Shown here: in pieces, positions 47,377 through 55,935 of the stretch
Layout of the letters: every line of letters begins with the position of its first letter
How positions within the stretch are numbered: position 1 is the stretch's first letter
NCBI GenBank assembly: GCA_000384935.1
Contig: ARRA01000001.1
Span: 167,810-231,809, forward strand
DNA: 64,000 nucleotides
DNA from: a gamma proteobacterium SCGC AAA076-P13
GTDB lineage: Bacteria; Pseudomonadota; Gammaproteobacteria; Magnimaribacterales; D2472
Direction of reading: 5' to 3'
The notes under the pieces: model-generated
Database searches by the model: none
The model's input: the letters and a program-made list of their open reading frames with translations, nothing else
What the model was told of the DNA's origin: nothing
Position numbers and translations under genes: made by a program

Positions 47377-47944
47377 GATTTTCGTTTCCTCCATTAATAT
47401 AATTAATGATGCTTTCTCTTGCTCTAAAAATTCTTGATCTTACTGTACCAATAGGTGTATTTGTAATAACAGATATCTCTTCATAACTTTTTCCATCAAC
47501 CTCTCTAAGAGTAAAGGCTGTTTTGAGAGATTCTGGTAATGTTTTTACATATGATTGAATATTTTGTAGTGATTGTTTATGCATTAAAGAAATTTCAGGA
47601 TTTTCATAAGATGGGATATCTATTTCCAGGTCATCTGAGGATATATTTACTTTATCTTTTTTAGATGCAGAGCTAGCAAAATGATTTTTTGCAAGGTTAA
47701 TTGCAATTCTATATATCCAAGTAAAAAAAGCACTATCACCTCTAAACGAATTAATCTTTTGCCATACCTTAATAAAAGTTAGCTGTGTTAAGTCTTCAGA
47801 GTCCTCTCTTGATTTGGTAAATGCAAAAAGAGATGCATAAACTCTAGGATAGTATTTGGTCATCAAAAATTTAAAAGCTCCTTCATCTCCATTTTGTGCC
47901 TTAATTATTAAAAGGTCATCTTCGTTGTGGACATTAGTTTTCAT
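47369..47944 (-). CDS. rpoE: ECF sigma factor RpoE/AlgU (sigma-24)
   Basis: 191 aa. Region 2 (DLTQLTFIKVWQKINSFRGDSAFFTWIYRIAIN) and region 4 (SYEEISVITNTPIGTVRSRIFRARE). Confidence 0.9.
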   Translation of the reverse strand: MKTNVHNEDDLLIIKAQNGDEGAFKFLMTKYYPRVYASLFAFTKSREDSEDLTQLTFIKVWQKINSFRGDSAFFTWIYRIAINLAKNHFASSASKKDKVNISSDDLEIDIPSYENPEISLMHKQSLQNIQSYVKTLPESLKTAFTLREVDGKSYEEISVITNTPIGTVRSRIFRARESIINYINGGNENHG

Positions 47945-47982
47945 TAAAATTAATTCCTTTTACTTTAAGACAGGCAAATAGA

Positions 47983-48240
47983 TCAAAAGTTTCCTTGCTT
48001 GGTAAATTTTTTTAAGTTGTTGTTGATAAAGGATTCATGTTGCAGATTGTTAAGAGATACGCCCTTAAATATATAATCAAAAAGCTTCTGGTCATCATAA
48101 TCAAGGATCGAATCAAAGACGTTAACATCCTTTTCATCCAGCATAGGTAATTTTTCCTGAGCAAATTCTCTTAATAGAAGATCTATTTCTCTCATTCCTC
48201 TTCTGCATTTCCAGTATATTCTGTTTATTTGTTGATTCAT
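47983..48240 (-). CDS. sdhE: FAD assembly factor SdhE (YgfY)
   Basis: 85 aa. RIYWKCRRGMREIDLLL and DDQKLFDYI are colinear with E. coli SdhE. Divergent from ygfZ, as in E. coli. Confidence 0.85.
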   Translation of the reverse strand: MNQQINRIYWKCRRGMREIDLLLREFAQEKLPMLDEKDVNVFDSILDYDDQKLFDYIFKGVSLNNLQHESFINNNLKKFTKQGNF

Positions 48241-48422
48241 TAGTTAATATAGTTTTAGTTGTTGAATAATTTTACAAGAAAATAGATATACAAAATAAAT
48301 TAATATCATTTGGTTCGCTGTATTTAAGATCTTTAAAAGTCTTACATATTAAAGGTGATGATCAAAAGATAAAAGACTTTCTTCAAGGCCAGGTTTCTTC
48401 AGATATTAATGAGCTTAATAAT

Positions 48423-49094
48423 TTGTCATCTCAGCTCTCTTGCATATGTAACCAAAAAGGTCTTGTAATGGCAGGATTCTTGATTCAAAAAGTTAATAAG
48501 AATTTTAAAATAATTATTGAAGAATCCTTAATAGAAACATTTGTTGAGGATTTAATGCCATATGCTAAATTTTTTGGAGTTACTTTTCATATGGGAGACG
48601 AGAATGTTATGGGTCATGTTGTTGATAGCCTGGAAAGGTCAAACAGCAATTCGTTTCTTACAAATGGTAGTTTTAATCTTGAGGTAGAGATTGAAGAAGA
48701 TAAAAAATCTATTTCTAATGAAATAAGCCAAGATAAATGGCAAATTGCTAATAAAATAGCACTTAACCACTCCCTTTGTTTTGATGATATAGCGTTATAT
48801 AGGCCACTAGAGCTTAATTATGACAAGTTAAGAGTTTCCTTTACTAAAGGTTGTTTTAGAGGACAAGAAATAATAGCTAGAATGCATTACTTGGGTGTGA
48901 ATAGGAGATCTTTCTGTGCTGTTATTGAAAATACTGAGCACCCAATAGAAAATAATATCAAGCCTCTGGGTGAAAAGTTAGAATGTAAAAACTATAAAAT
49001 TTATAATTGTTTTATAGAGCAAGATATTCAAAACGAGCTGCTCAAATCAAACAAGCATGAGTTATTTACTATGCCTACCAATCAATCGGACTAA
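48423..49094 (+). CDS. ygfZ: folate-binding Fe-S cluster repair protein YgfZ (5' end uncertain; homology continues upstream to about 48300)
   Basis: KGCFRGQEIIARMHYLGVNRR signature. The same frame stays open back to 48270 and encodes ...LKVLHIKGDDQKIKDFLQGQVSSDINEL, which is the YgfZ N-terminal block. See the finding. Confidence 0.8.
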   Translation: MSSQLSCICNQKGLVMAGFLIQKVNKNFKIIIEESLIETFVEDLMPYAKFFGVTFHMGDENVMGHVVDSLERSNSNSFLTNGSFNLEVEIEEDKKSISNEISQDKWQIANKIALNHSLCFDDIALYRPLELNYDKLRVSFTKGCFRGQEIIARMHYLGVNRRSFCAVIENTEHPIENNIKPLGEKLECKNYKIYNCFIEQDIQNELLKSNKHELFTMPTNQSD

Positions 49095-49752
49095 TTTTAT
49101 TTTTTAATAAAAAAGAATTGGTCTTTGAGAAGTGTCTACACCCTAAAAATCCTCTATACGAAGAAAGCGGCGATGGATGAGGAGCTGTAAATACAGCATG
49201 CCTTTTTTCGTCTATTAAATGCCTCTTACTGATAGAATTTGCACCCCATAATAAATACACTAAATTATGCTTTTTATTTAAAATCTCGATGATGGATTCA
49301 ACTACATTTGACCACCCAATTGAAAAATGAGATCCAGGTTTTGAATCCTCTACAGTTAATGCGAAATTAATTAATAGTACGCCTTGACTGGCCCAGCAAC
49401 TTAGATCACCAGAATGATGAGTTACAGACCCTAAATCAGAGTGGATTTCTTTATAAATATTTCTTAGAGATGGAGGGATTTTATTTCCCTTTTTAACAGA
49501 AAATGCAAGGCCATTTGCTACGCCTTTTTGGTGATATGGATCTTGTCCAAGTATGACAACTTTTGTATCTTTAAAACTACATAATTTAAATGCATTATAG
49601 ATATCATTAGCTTTCGGATAGAAATGTTTATTATTTTTAAATAGCGTGTCTAGTTCATCAATTGGCTTGGATAAATCGATAGCGACACCCCCTTCTTTAA
49701 GGGTCTTATGCCAATCGCTCGGCAATTTAAGTAGGTGGTTAAATTTATTCAT
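49075..49752 (-). CDS. ung: uracil-DNA glycosylase
   Basis: 225 aa. VVILGQDPYH, GVLLINFALTV, HPSPLS. Confidence 0.95.
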   Translation of the reverse strand: MNKFNHLLKLPSDWHKTLKEGGVAIDLSKPIDELDTLFKNNKHFYPKANDIYNAFKLCSFKDTKVVILGQDPYHQKGVANGLAFSVKKGNKIPPSLRNIYKEIHSDLGSVTHHSGDLSCWASQGVLLINFALTVEDSKPGSHFSIGWSNVVESIIEILNKKHNLVYLLWGANSISKRHLIDEKRHAVFTAPHPSPLSSYRGFLGCRHFSKTNSFLLKNKISPIDW

Positions 49753-49765
49753 TTTCTATGAAATT

Positions 49766-49800
49766 TTATCCACAGAATCTGTGGATAAAGTTATGGATAA
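49766..49800. promoter_or_regulatory. cluster of three DnaA boxes (two perfect and inverted, one with a single mismatch)
   Basis: TTATCCACA at 49766-49774; TGTGGATAA at 49780-49788, forming the 10-bp-arm palindrome TTATCCACAG-AAT-CTGTGGATAA; TATGGATAA at 49792-49800. The cluster lies 14-48 nt upstream of the ung start codon. Confidence 0.6.
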
Positions 49801-50011
49801 CTTTATTTTTAATACCTCAAACCTATATAAAATAAGGGTTTGGTAAAGTTGTCTAAAATTTATACAATAATACATTTAAATACCGCAAATCAATAACTTA
49901 GATAAAATATGTCAAACATAATGTACACAATATGTAAAAAAGTTACATAACTCAATAACACTTAAATCCACTGTTGACAAGTAATTTTTATAATGATTTT
50001 TATATATTAAC

Positions 50012-50031
50012 AAAAAAGAACATAAGTTCTT
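50012..50031 (-). terminator. probable intrinsic terminator after serA
   Basis: Stem AAGAAC, loop ATAA, stem GTTCTT (50016-50031), with an A-run at 50012-50015 (T-run on the minus strand). It lies 35 nt past the serA stop. Confidence 0.5.
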
Positions 50032-50065
50032 ATTATTTCAAGAATTTAGAGATAATTTCCGTAAA

Positions 50066-51241
50066 CTATTTACAGAGTCTAACGCTTATAACATGGTCAA
50101 TATTTTTAATATTTTCTACCAGTTCTTTTGATGGCTTCTCATCTAAGTCTATTAAACTAATGCCAATTGAATCTCTGCTTTTGTGTGTCATGTCAGCAAT
50201 GTTAATTTTATTGCTACCAAGCTCATCTGTAATTTTACCTATCATTCCAGGCTCATTTTTATTGATAATAACCAGCCTATGTTCTGCTGTTTTTCCAAGC
50301 TTTATTCTTGGAAAATTAACCGAGTTTATTATCACACCATTTTTTAAAAAATTTGTTACCTGATCCGCAGCCATAACTGCACAATTAACCTCAGCCTCTT
50401 TTGTGCTTGCGCCGATATGCGGAAGCAAGATTACATCATGAAATGAAGAGGACCTTTCAACCAATTCGGGGGTCGGAAAATCTGTAACAAAGCTAGATAA
50501 TATTTTTTGATTTAATGCATCAATAATATCCTCATTATTTACAATTCCTCCCCGTGATAAATTGATAAGTTTTGCACCTTTTTTAATGAATTTAATTGTC
50601 TCTTTAGAGATTAGATCTTTTGTAGCTTCTATCAGAGGGACGTGAAGTGAAATATAGTCAGAATTACTTAAAAGGTACTCCATAGTCTCTGCCCTTTCGA
50701 CGTCTCTTGGAAGCCTCCATGCCGAATCTACAGAAATATGAGGGTCGAATCCAATTATTTTCATACCCATTACTTCTGCCGTTTGGGCTAATAATGAGCC
50801 AATAGCTCCAAGACCGACGATACCTAATGTCTTACCTTTTAATTCATTGCCTTTAAAATTCTTCTTTTGAGACTCCATAGAGGCATTAAGCAATGCATTG
50901 TCTTGGCCAGACAGTGTTTTAGCGTAAGCATTTCCCTGAATAATACCCCTTGAGGATAAAAGCATGCCACACACAACCAGCTCCTTTACAGCATTTGCAT
51001 TAGCTCCAGGAGTATTGAATACAACTATTCCTTTATTTGTTGCGTCTATAACAGGAACGTTATTAGTCCCAGCGCCCGCTCTTCCTATACATTTTAATGA
51101 TTGATTGAGATCGCTATCGGTTAAAACCTGGCTTCTTATTAATAGTGAATCAGGATTAATTTCATCTATATGAAGATCATTTTTAGCCAATATCTCAATT
51201 CCATCCTCTGCGATGTTGTTATAAATTTTGTATGTATACAT
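50066..51241 (-). CDS. serA: D-3-phosphoglycerate dehydrogenase (2-hydroxyacid dehydrogenase with C-terminal ACT domain)
   Basis: 391 aa. NAD fold GIVGLGAIGS, catalytic RGG...H region (LSRGGIV, LPHIGAST), and an ACT-like tail. Confidence 0.88.
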   Translation of the reverse strand: MYTYKIYNNIAEDGIEILAKNDLHIDEINPDSLLIRSQVLTDSDLNQSLKCIGRAGAGTNNVPVIDATNKGIVVFNTPGANANAVKELVVCGMLLSSRGIIQGNAYAKTLSGQDNALLNASMESQKKNFKGNELKGKTLGIVGLGAIGSLLAQTAEVMGMKIIGFDPHISVDSAWRLPRDVERAETMEYLLSNSDYISLHVPLIEATKDLISKETIKFIKKGAKLINLSRGGIVNNEDIIDALNQKILSSFVTDFPTPELVERSSSFHDVILLPHIGASTKEAEVNCAVMAADQVTNFLKNGVIINSVNFPRIKLGKTAEHRLVIINKNEPGMIGKITDELGSNKINIADMTHKSRDSIGISLIDLDEKPSKELVENIKNIDHVISVRLCK

Positions 51242-51327
51242 TTTTTAAAGGGTTAAATAAAAAAAATTATTATATAGCTATATTTAAAAAAGATTTAAAT
51301 ATCTTTTTATAAACCAAAATATAGTAC

Positions 51328-52779
51328 CTATTTTAACGATGAATCTATAAACATCTTCCAATCTGCATAATCTTTTTTATAGAAATTATTTAATTTACTA
51401 TTTGGTCTATATCTGCCTTCGATTAATGTTTTAATCTCTTCTATAGCAACCCCATCAGCAATCTGACAAACTATGCAAGCCCCAAGTGCTGTTGATTCAG
51501 TATTGCTTGGCTTTGCGACCTCTTTTTCAAGGGAATCTGCAAGAATTTGTAAAAAAGATTCGTTTGCAGTCATTCCACCATCAACAAGCAAACTGTTGAT
51601 TAAAATACCATTAGATTCAAGAATAGTAATAATATCCTTTGTTTGATAGCAAATAGATTTAAATGCAGCAGTGATCATATCCTCCTTACTTGAATTCTGA
51701 GTGATGCCGCTAAAACCAGCTCTGATATCAGAGTTCCAATATGGTGTGCCAAGACCATTAAATGCTGGTAAAAACTTAACATTATTTGACTCACCATTTT
51801 TTTCAATGAATGCCTCGCTATCGACGGAAGAGCTAAAAAATTTCATTTTATCTCTTAACCACTGAATAATGTTGCCACAAGAATATATGCTACCTTCAAG
51901 TGCATAACTCGTTTGATTGTTTAGTCTGTACCCCACTGTTGTTAGCAAACCTTCTTTAATAGTTACCGGTGTCTCTTTTGTGTTAACCATTAAAAAACAG
52001 CCAGTTCCGTAAGTTGACTTCAGATCTCCATTATTGAAACAAGCTTGGCCAACTAAAGCGCTCTGCTGGTCTCCAATAACCCCATTGATTCTAATATCAA
52101 CTCCATCAATATCTAAAGTTCCAAAAAAAGAATCACAATCCCTTACTTCAGGCATCATCGAAATTGGGATGTTAAACAAATTCAGGAGGTCTAAATCCCA
52201 GGACATGGTGTGAATATTAAAAAGCATGGTTCTCGATGCATTCGTAACATCTGTTACGTGATTTTTTTCTTTGGACAACTTGTATATCAAAAATGAATCA
52301 ACAGTACCAAACATCAAATTACCAGATTCTGCATCACTTCTAGCATTTGGAACATTGTCTAATATCCAACTAACTTTAGAAGCAGAAAAATATGGATCTA
52401 GCAATAAACCAGTTTTGTTGGAAACCATTTCCTCATTCCCATCTGCTTTTAGATTGGAGCACATTGAACTAGTTCTTCTATCTTGCCAAATAATTGCTGG
52501 GTAAATAGGATTGCCTGTTTTTTTTGACCAAACTATAGTCGTTTCTCTTTGGTTTGTTATGCCACATGATGTGATATTAAAATTATTACTCTTAGTAACA
52601 TCCTTTATTGTTGCAAGAACGGTATTTAGAATTTCTCCAGGATCAGCTTCAACCCAGCCATCCTTAGGATAAGACAATTCATATGCCTTCTGAGAATCTT
52701 TAATTGAATTCAAATCTGAATCAAAAATGATTGATCTAGAACTTGTTGTTCCCTGATCAATGGCTAAATAATTTTTCAT
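51328..52779 (-). CDS. glpK: glycerol kinase
   Basis: 483 aa. YLAIDQGTTSSRSIIFD, GITNQRETTIVW, TYGTGCF, VDGGMTAN. Confidence 0.95.
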   Translation of the reverse strand: MKNYLAIDQGTTSSRSIIFDSDLNSIKDSQKAYELSYPKDGWVEADPGEILNTVLATIKDVTKSNNFNITSCGITNQRETTIVWSKKTGNPIYPAIIWQDRRTSSMCSNLKADGNEEMVSNKTGLLLDPYFSASKVSWILDNVPNARSDAESGNLMFGTVDSFLIYKLSKEKNHVTDVTNASRTMLFNIHTMSWDLDLLNLFNIPISMMPEVRDCDSFFGTLDIDGVDIRINGVIGDQQSALVGQACFNNGDLKSTYGTGCFLMVNTKETPVTIKEGLLTTVGYRLNNQTSYALEGSIYSCGNIIQWLRDKMKFFSSSVDSEAFIEKNGESNNVKFLPAFNGLGTPYWNSDIRAGFSGITQNSSKEDMITAAFKSICYQTKDIITILESNGILINSLLVDGGMTANESFLQILADSLEKEVAKPSNTESTALGACIVCQIADGVAIEEIKTLIEGRYRPNSKLNNFYKKDYADWKMFIDSSLK

Positions 52780-52800
52780 AATTTCACATCCTTTGTATAA

Positions 52801-52809
52801 TTATCCACA
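52801..52809 (+). promoter_or_regulatory. perfect DnaA box in the glpK/nrdA divergent region
   Basis: TTATCCACA, 22 nt from the glpK start codon. Confidence 0.55.
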
Positions 52810-52851
52810 ATTTATCAACTGATTACCAACAGCAAAAAAACACCTTATATA

Positions 52852-52894
52852 CACTATATAGTGAAAAAAAATGAAATTGTCACAATATATAGTG
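52852..52894. promoter_or_regulatory. two NrdR-box-like palindromes upstream of nrdA
   Basis: CACTATATAGTG (52852-52863) is a perfect 12-bp palindrome, 2 bp shorter than the canonical core. CACAATATATAGTG (52881-52894) is a good match to the NrdR-box core CACwATATATwGTG. Centres are 30 bp apart. Confidence 0.7.
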
Positions 52895-52911
52895 TTTTTT
52901 TACTTGATTCT

Positions 52912-52920
52912 TTATCCACA
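52912..52920 (+). promoter_or_regulatory. perfect DnaA box inside the putative nrdA promoter spacer
   Basis: TTATCCACA lies between a candidate -35 TTGATT (52904-52909) and a candidate -10 TAATAT (52926-52931). Confidence 0.55.
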
Positions 52921-53043
52921 ACAAGTAATATTAGCAGTAAGAGAAATTTAAGGTGATTGCTAAAAAGCAAATACAAAACCTCTTTCAAACAGTTATAAAA
53001 AACTCATTTGAGTAAGTATTTTTTTGGGGACAAAATAAAAAAG

Positions 53044-55920
53044 ATGGAAACACAACAAGAAGCAAGCAAAACAATAAACGTCCAAGAACAACCACTAGTT
53101 AATGATATTGAAACTACAGCTCCTGGAAAACTAAGAGTAATAAAAAGAAATGGAAAAGTAGTTGCATTTGAAGAAGACAAAATAAAGGTAGCTATTACCA
53201 AGGCATTTCTTGCAACAGAGTCTGGGAATGCAGCTGCAAGCGAAAGAATACACAAAAAAGTAAATCAAATCTCAACAGGCATTATTGAGGTTTTTGAAAG
53301 AAGAATGCCATCTGGTGGAACACTGCATATTGAAGAAATACAAGATCAAGTTGAATTGCAACTTATGAGAACAGAGGAGTTAAAAGTCGCAAGAAGTTAT
53401 ATTTTATATAGAGCTGAGAGAACGCAAGAAAGAAAAAAAGAGGCTCCAGAAATTGATATAGCTAATAGACCAGAAATTAATATTAAAAAAAATGATGGAA
53501 CCTTAGTTCCTTTAGATATTGATAAAGTTGCAATGCTAATCAACGATGCTTGCGAAGGACTTGAAGCTGTTTCAATGAATGAGGTTCTTGAAGAGGCGCT
53601 CAAAAATCTATATGACGGGGTGTCACTGGCAGATATGAGAACAAGCCTTGTTATGTCAGCAAGAACAAAGGTTGAAAAAGAGCCCAATTATTCTTTTGTT
53701 ACAGCAAGAATACTAATGGATCAAATTCGAAGCGAAGCTTTAGGATTTCTTGGTGTTGCTGATGAGGCAACATATGATGAAATGGAAAATCATTACCCAA
53801 AAGCACTAAATGCATACATAGATAAAGGAATAGAGTTAGATATTCTAGACCCAGTACTTAAAACATTTGACCTAGACAAGATGGGGGCTGCCATAGACCA
53901 CACAAGAGATAATCAGTTTACATATTTAGGACTTCAAACTCTTTATGACAGGTATTTCATTCATAGTGATGATGTTAGGTATGAGTTACCACAAGTATTC
54001 TTTATGAGGGTTGCTATGGGATTAGCTGTTGAAGAGGAAAATAGGGAAGATAGAGCAATAGAATTTTATAAATTACTATCAAGCTTTGACTACATGAGCT
54101 CAACTCCTACCCTTTTTAATTCCGGAACAAAAAGACCTCAACTATCATCTTGCTATTTAACAACAATACCAGATGATTTAGATGGAATATTTGGAGCAAT
54201 GAAAGATAATGCTTTGCTCTCAAAATGGGCTGGTGGGCTTGGTAATGACTGGACTTCAGTTAGAGCTATGAACTCATATATAAAAGGAACGAATGGAAAA
54301 AGCCAGGGTGTGGTTCCTTTTCTTAAGGTTGCGAACGATACTGCTGTTGCGGTAAATCAAGGTGGAAAAAGAAAAGGTGCTATGTGTGCATACCTTGAAA
54401 CATGGCATTTAGATATCGAAGAGTTTTTAGAATTAAGAAAGAACACTGGCGATGAAAGAAGAAGAACCCATGATATGAATACTGCAAACTGGGTTCCAGA
54501 TTTGTTTATGAAAAGAGTTGAGCAAGGCAAGAACTGGACATTATTTTCACCAGGAGAAACACCAGAACTTCACGATCTTATTGGAAAAGATTTTGAAAAG
54601 AAATATGAAGAATATGAAAGGAAAGCTGCGGCTGGAGAAATGGATCAGCATAAATCACTTCCAGCAAAAGAGCTTTGGAGAAAAATGCTTACAATGCTTT
54701 TTGAAACTGGTCATCCTTGGATTACATTCAAAGATGCCTGTAATTTAAGGTCTCCACAGCAACATGCAGGTGTAATTCATTCATCAAACCTTTGTACAGA
54801 AATAACACTTAACACAAGTGCAGATGAGATTGCGGTATGTAATTTGGGTTCTGTAAACCTTGCAAGACACATGAAAGATGGAAAGCTTGATCAAGAAAAA
54901 ATTAAGAAGACTGTCTCAACAGCCATAAGAATGCTCGATAACGTTATCAATATTAACTACTACTCCGTAGAAACAGCAAAAAACTCAAACCTTAAGCATA
55001 GACCAATAGGTTTAGGAATGATGGGCTTCCAAGACGCATTATATGTTCAAGATATAGCTTACTGCAGTGATGAAGCTGTTGAATTTGCAGACAAAAGTAT
55101 GGAGCTAATAAGCTACTATGCAATTCATGCCTCTACAGAGCTTTCAAAAGAAAGAGGAAGCTATAAATCATATGAAGGATCTCTCTGGAGCAAAGGAATT
55201 CTTCCAAAAGATTCAATTGAGATACTAGCTGAGAATAGAGGAAACGAATATATCAATATTGATAGGTCTGAAACTCTTGACTGGGATACACTGAGAAAGA
55301 AAGTTATAGCTGATGGGATGAGAAACTCAAATGTTATGGCCATAGCCCCAACTGCAACCATATCTAATATTACAGGTGTAACACAATCAGTCGAACCAAC
55401 TTATCAAAACCTATATGTTAAATCTAACCTATCAGGGGAGTTTACAATCGTAAATCCTCATCTAGTAAATAAACTTAAAGATCTTAACTTATGGGATGAC
55501 GTTATGATCAATGATCTCAAATATTTTGAAGGCAGTCTAACAGAAATATCTAGAATTCCAGATGATATAAAAACCATTTACTCTACTGCATTTGAAGTAG
55601 AGCCAAGATATATAGTTGAAGCAGCTAGCAGAAGACAGAAATGGATAGATCAAGGTCAGTCATTAAACCTATATATTGGGAATGCTGATGGTAAAAAACT
55701 TGATATCACATACAGAATGGCATGGTATTCAGGACTAAAAACTACATATTATTTAAGATCTATTGCTGCTACATCAACAGAGAAATCTACAGTACAGCAA
55801 GGAAAACTAAACGCAGTGAGTTCAGGTGAAACTGAAGCTGCACCACAAGAACTTGGGGCGCCGGCTCCAGTTCCTTCAGCTTGCTCTTTGGAAGAACCAG
55901 ATTGCGAAGCTTGCCAATAA
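53044..55920 (+). CDS. nrdA: class Ia ribonucleotide reductase alpha subunit (two N-terminal ATP-cone-like segments)
   Basis: The track ORF starts at a TTG at 53008; the ATG at 53044 (METQQE) is more likely. LRVIKRNGKVVAFEEDKI and INIKKNDGTLVPLDIDKV are ATP-cone starts. Catalytic NLCTEI. C-terminal redox pair CEAC. Confidence 0.96.
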   Translation: METQQEASKTINVQEQPLVNDIETTAPGKLRVIKRNGKVVAFEEDKIKVAITKAFLATESGNAAASERIHKKVNQISTGIIEVFERRMPSGGTLHIEEIQDQVELQLMRTEELKVARSYILYRAERTQERKKEAPEIDIANRPEINIKKNDGTLVPLDIDKVAMLINDACEGLEAVSMNEVLEEALKNLYDGVSLADMRTSLVMSARTKVEKEPNYSFVTARILMDQIRSEALGFLGVADEATYDEMENHYPKALNAYIDKGIELDILDPVLKTFDLDKMGAAIDHTRDNQFTYLGLQTLYDRYFIHSDDVRYELPQVFFMRVAMGLAVEEENREDRAIEFYKLLSSFDYMSSTPTLFNSGTKRPQLSSCYLTTIPDDLDGIFGAMKDNALLSKWAGGLGNDWTSVRAMNSYIKGTNGKSQGVVPFLKVANDTAVAVNQGGKRKGAMCAYLETWHLDIEEFLELRKNTGDERRRTHDMNTANWVPDLFMKRVEQGKNWTLFSPGETPELHDLIGKDFEKKYEEYERKAAAGEMDQHKSLPAKELWRKMLTMLFETGHPWITFKDACNLRSPQQHAGVIHSSNLCTEITLNTSADEIAVCNLGSVNLARHMKDGKLDQEKIKKTVSTAIRMLDNVININYYSVETAKNSNLKHRPIGLGMMGFQDALYVQDIAYCSDEAVEFADKSMELISYYAIHASTELSKERGSYKSYEGSLWSKGILPKDSIEILAENRGNEYINIDRSETLDWDTLRKKVIADGMRNSNVMAIAPTATISNITGVTQSVEPTYQNLYVKSNLSGEFTIVNPHLVNKLKDLNLWDDVMINDLKYFEGSLTEISRIPDDIKTIYSTAFEVEPRYIVEAASRRQKWIDQGQSLNLYIGNADGKKLDITYRMAWYSGLKTTYYLRSIAATSTEKSTVQQGKLNAVSSGETEAAPQELGAPAPVPSACSLEEPDCEACQ

Positions 55921-55935
55921 TAAAGGAGAAAAAGA

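Noticed and set aside
49753-50065. The 313-bp AT-rich serA-ung spacer as the chromosomal origin, oriC.
   Set aside because: Only three DnaA boxes are present, all within 35 bp. I see no repeated AT-rich 13-mer unwinding element, no GATC sites anywhere in the spacer, and no dnaA, dnaN, gidA or rpmH nearby. It is kept only as a DnaA-box cluster and strand-switch flag.
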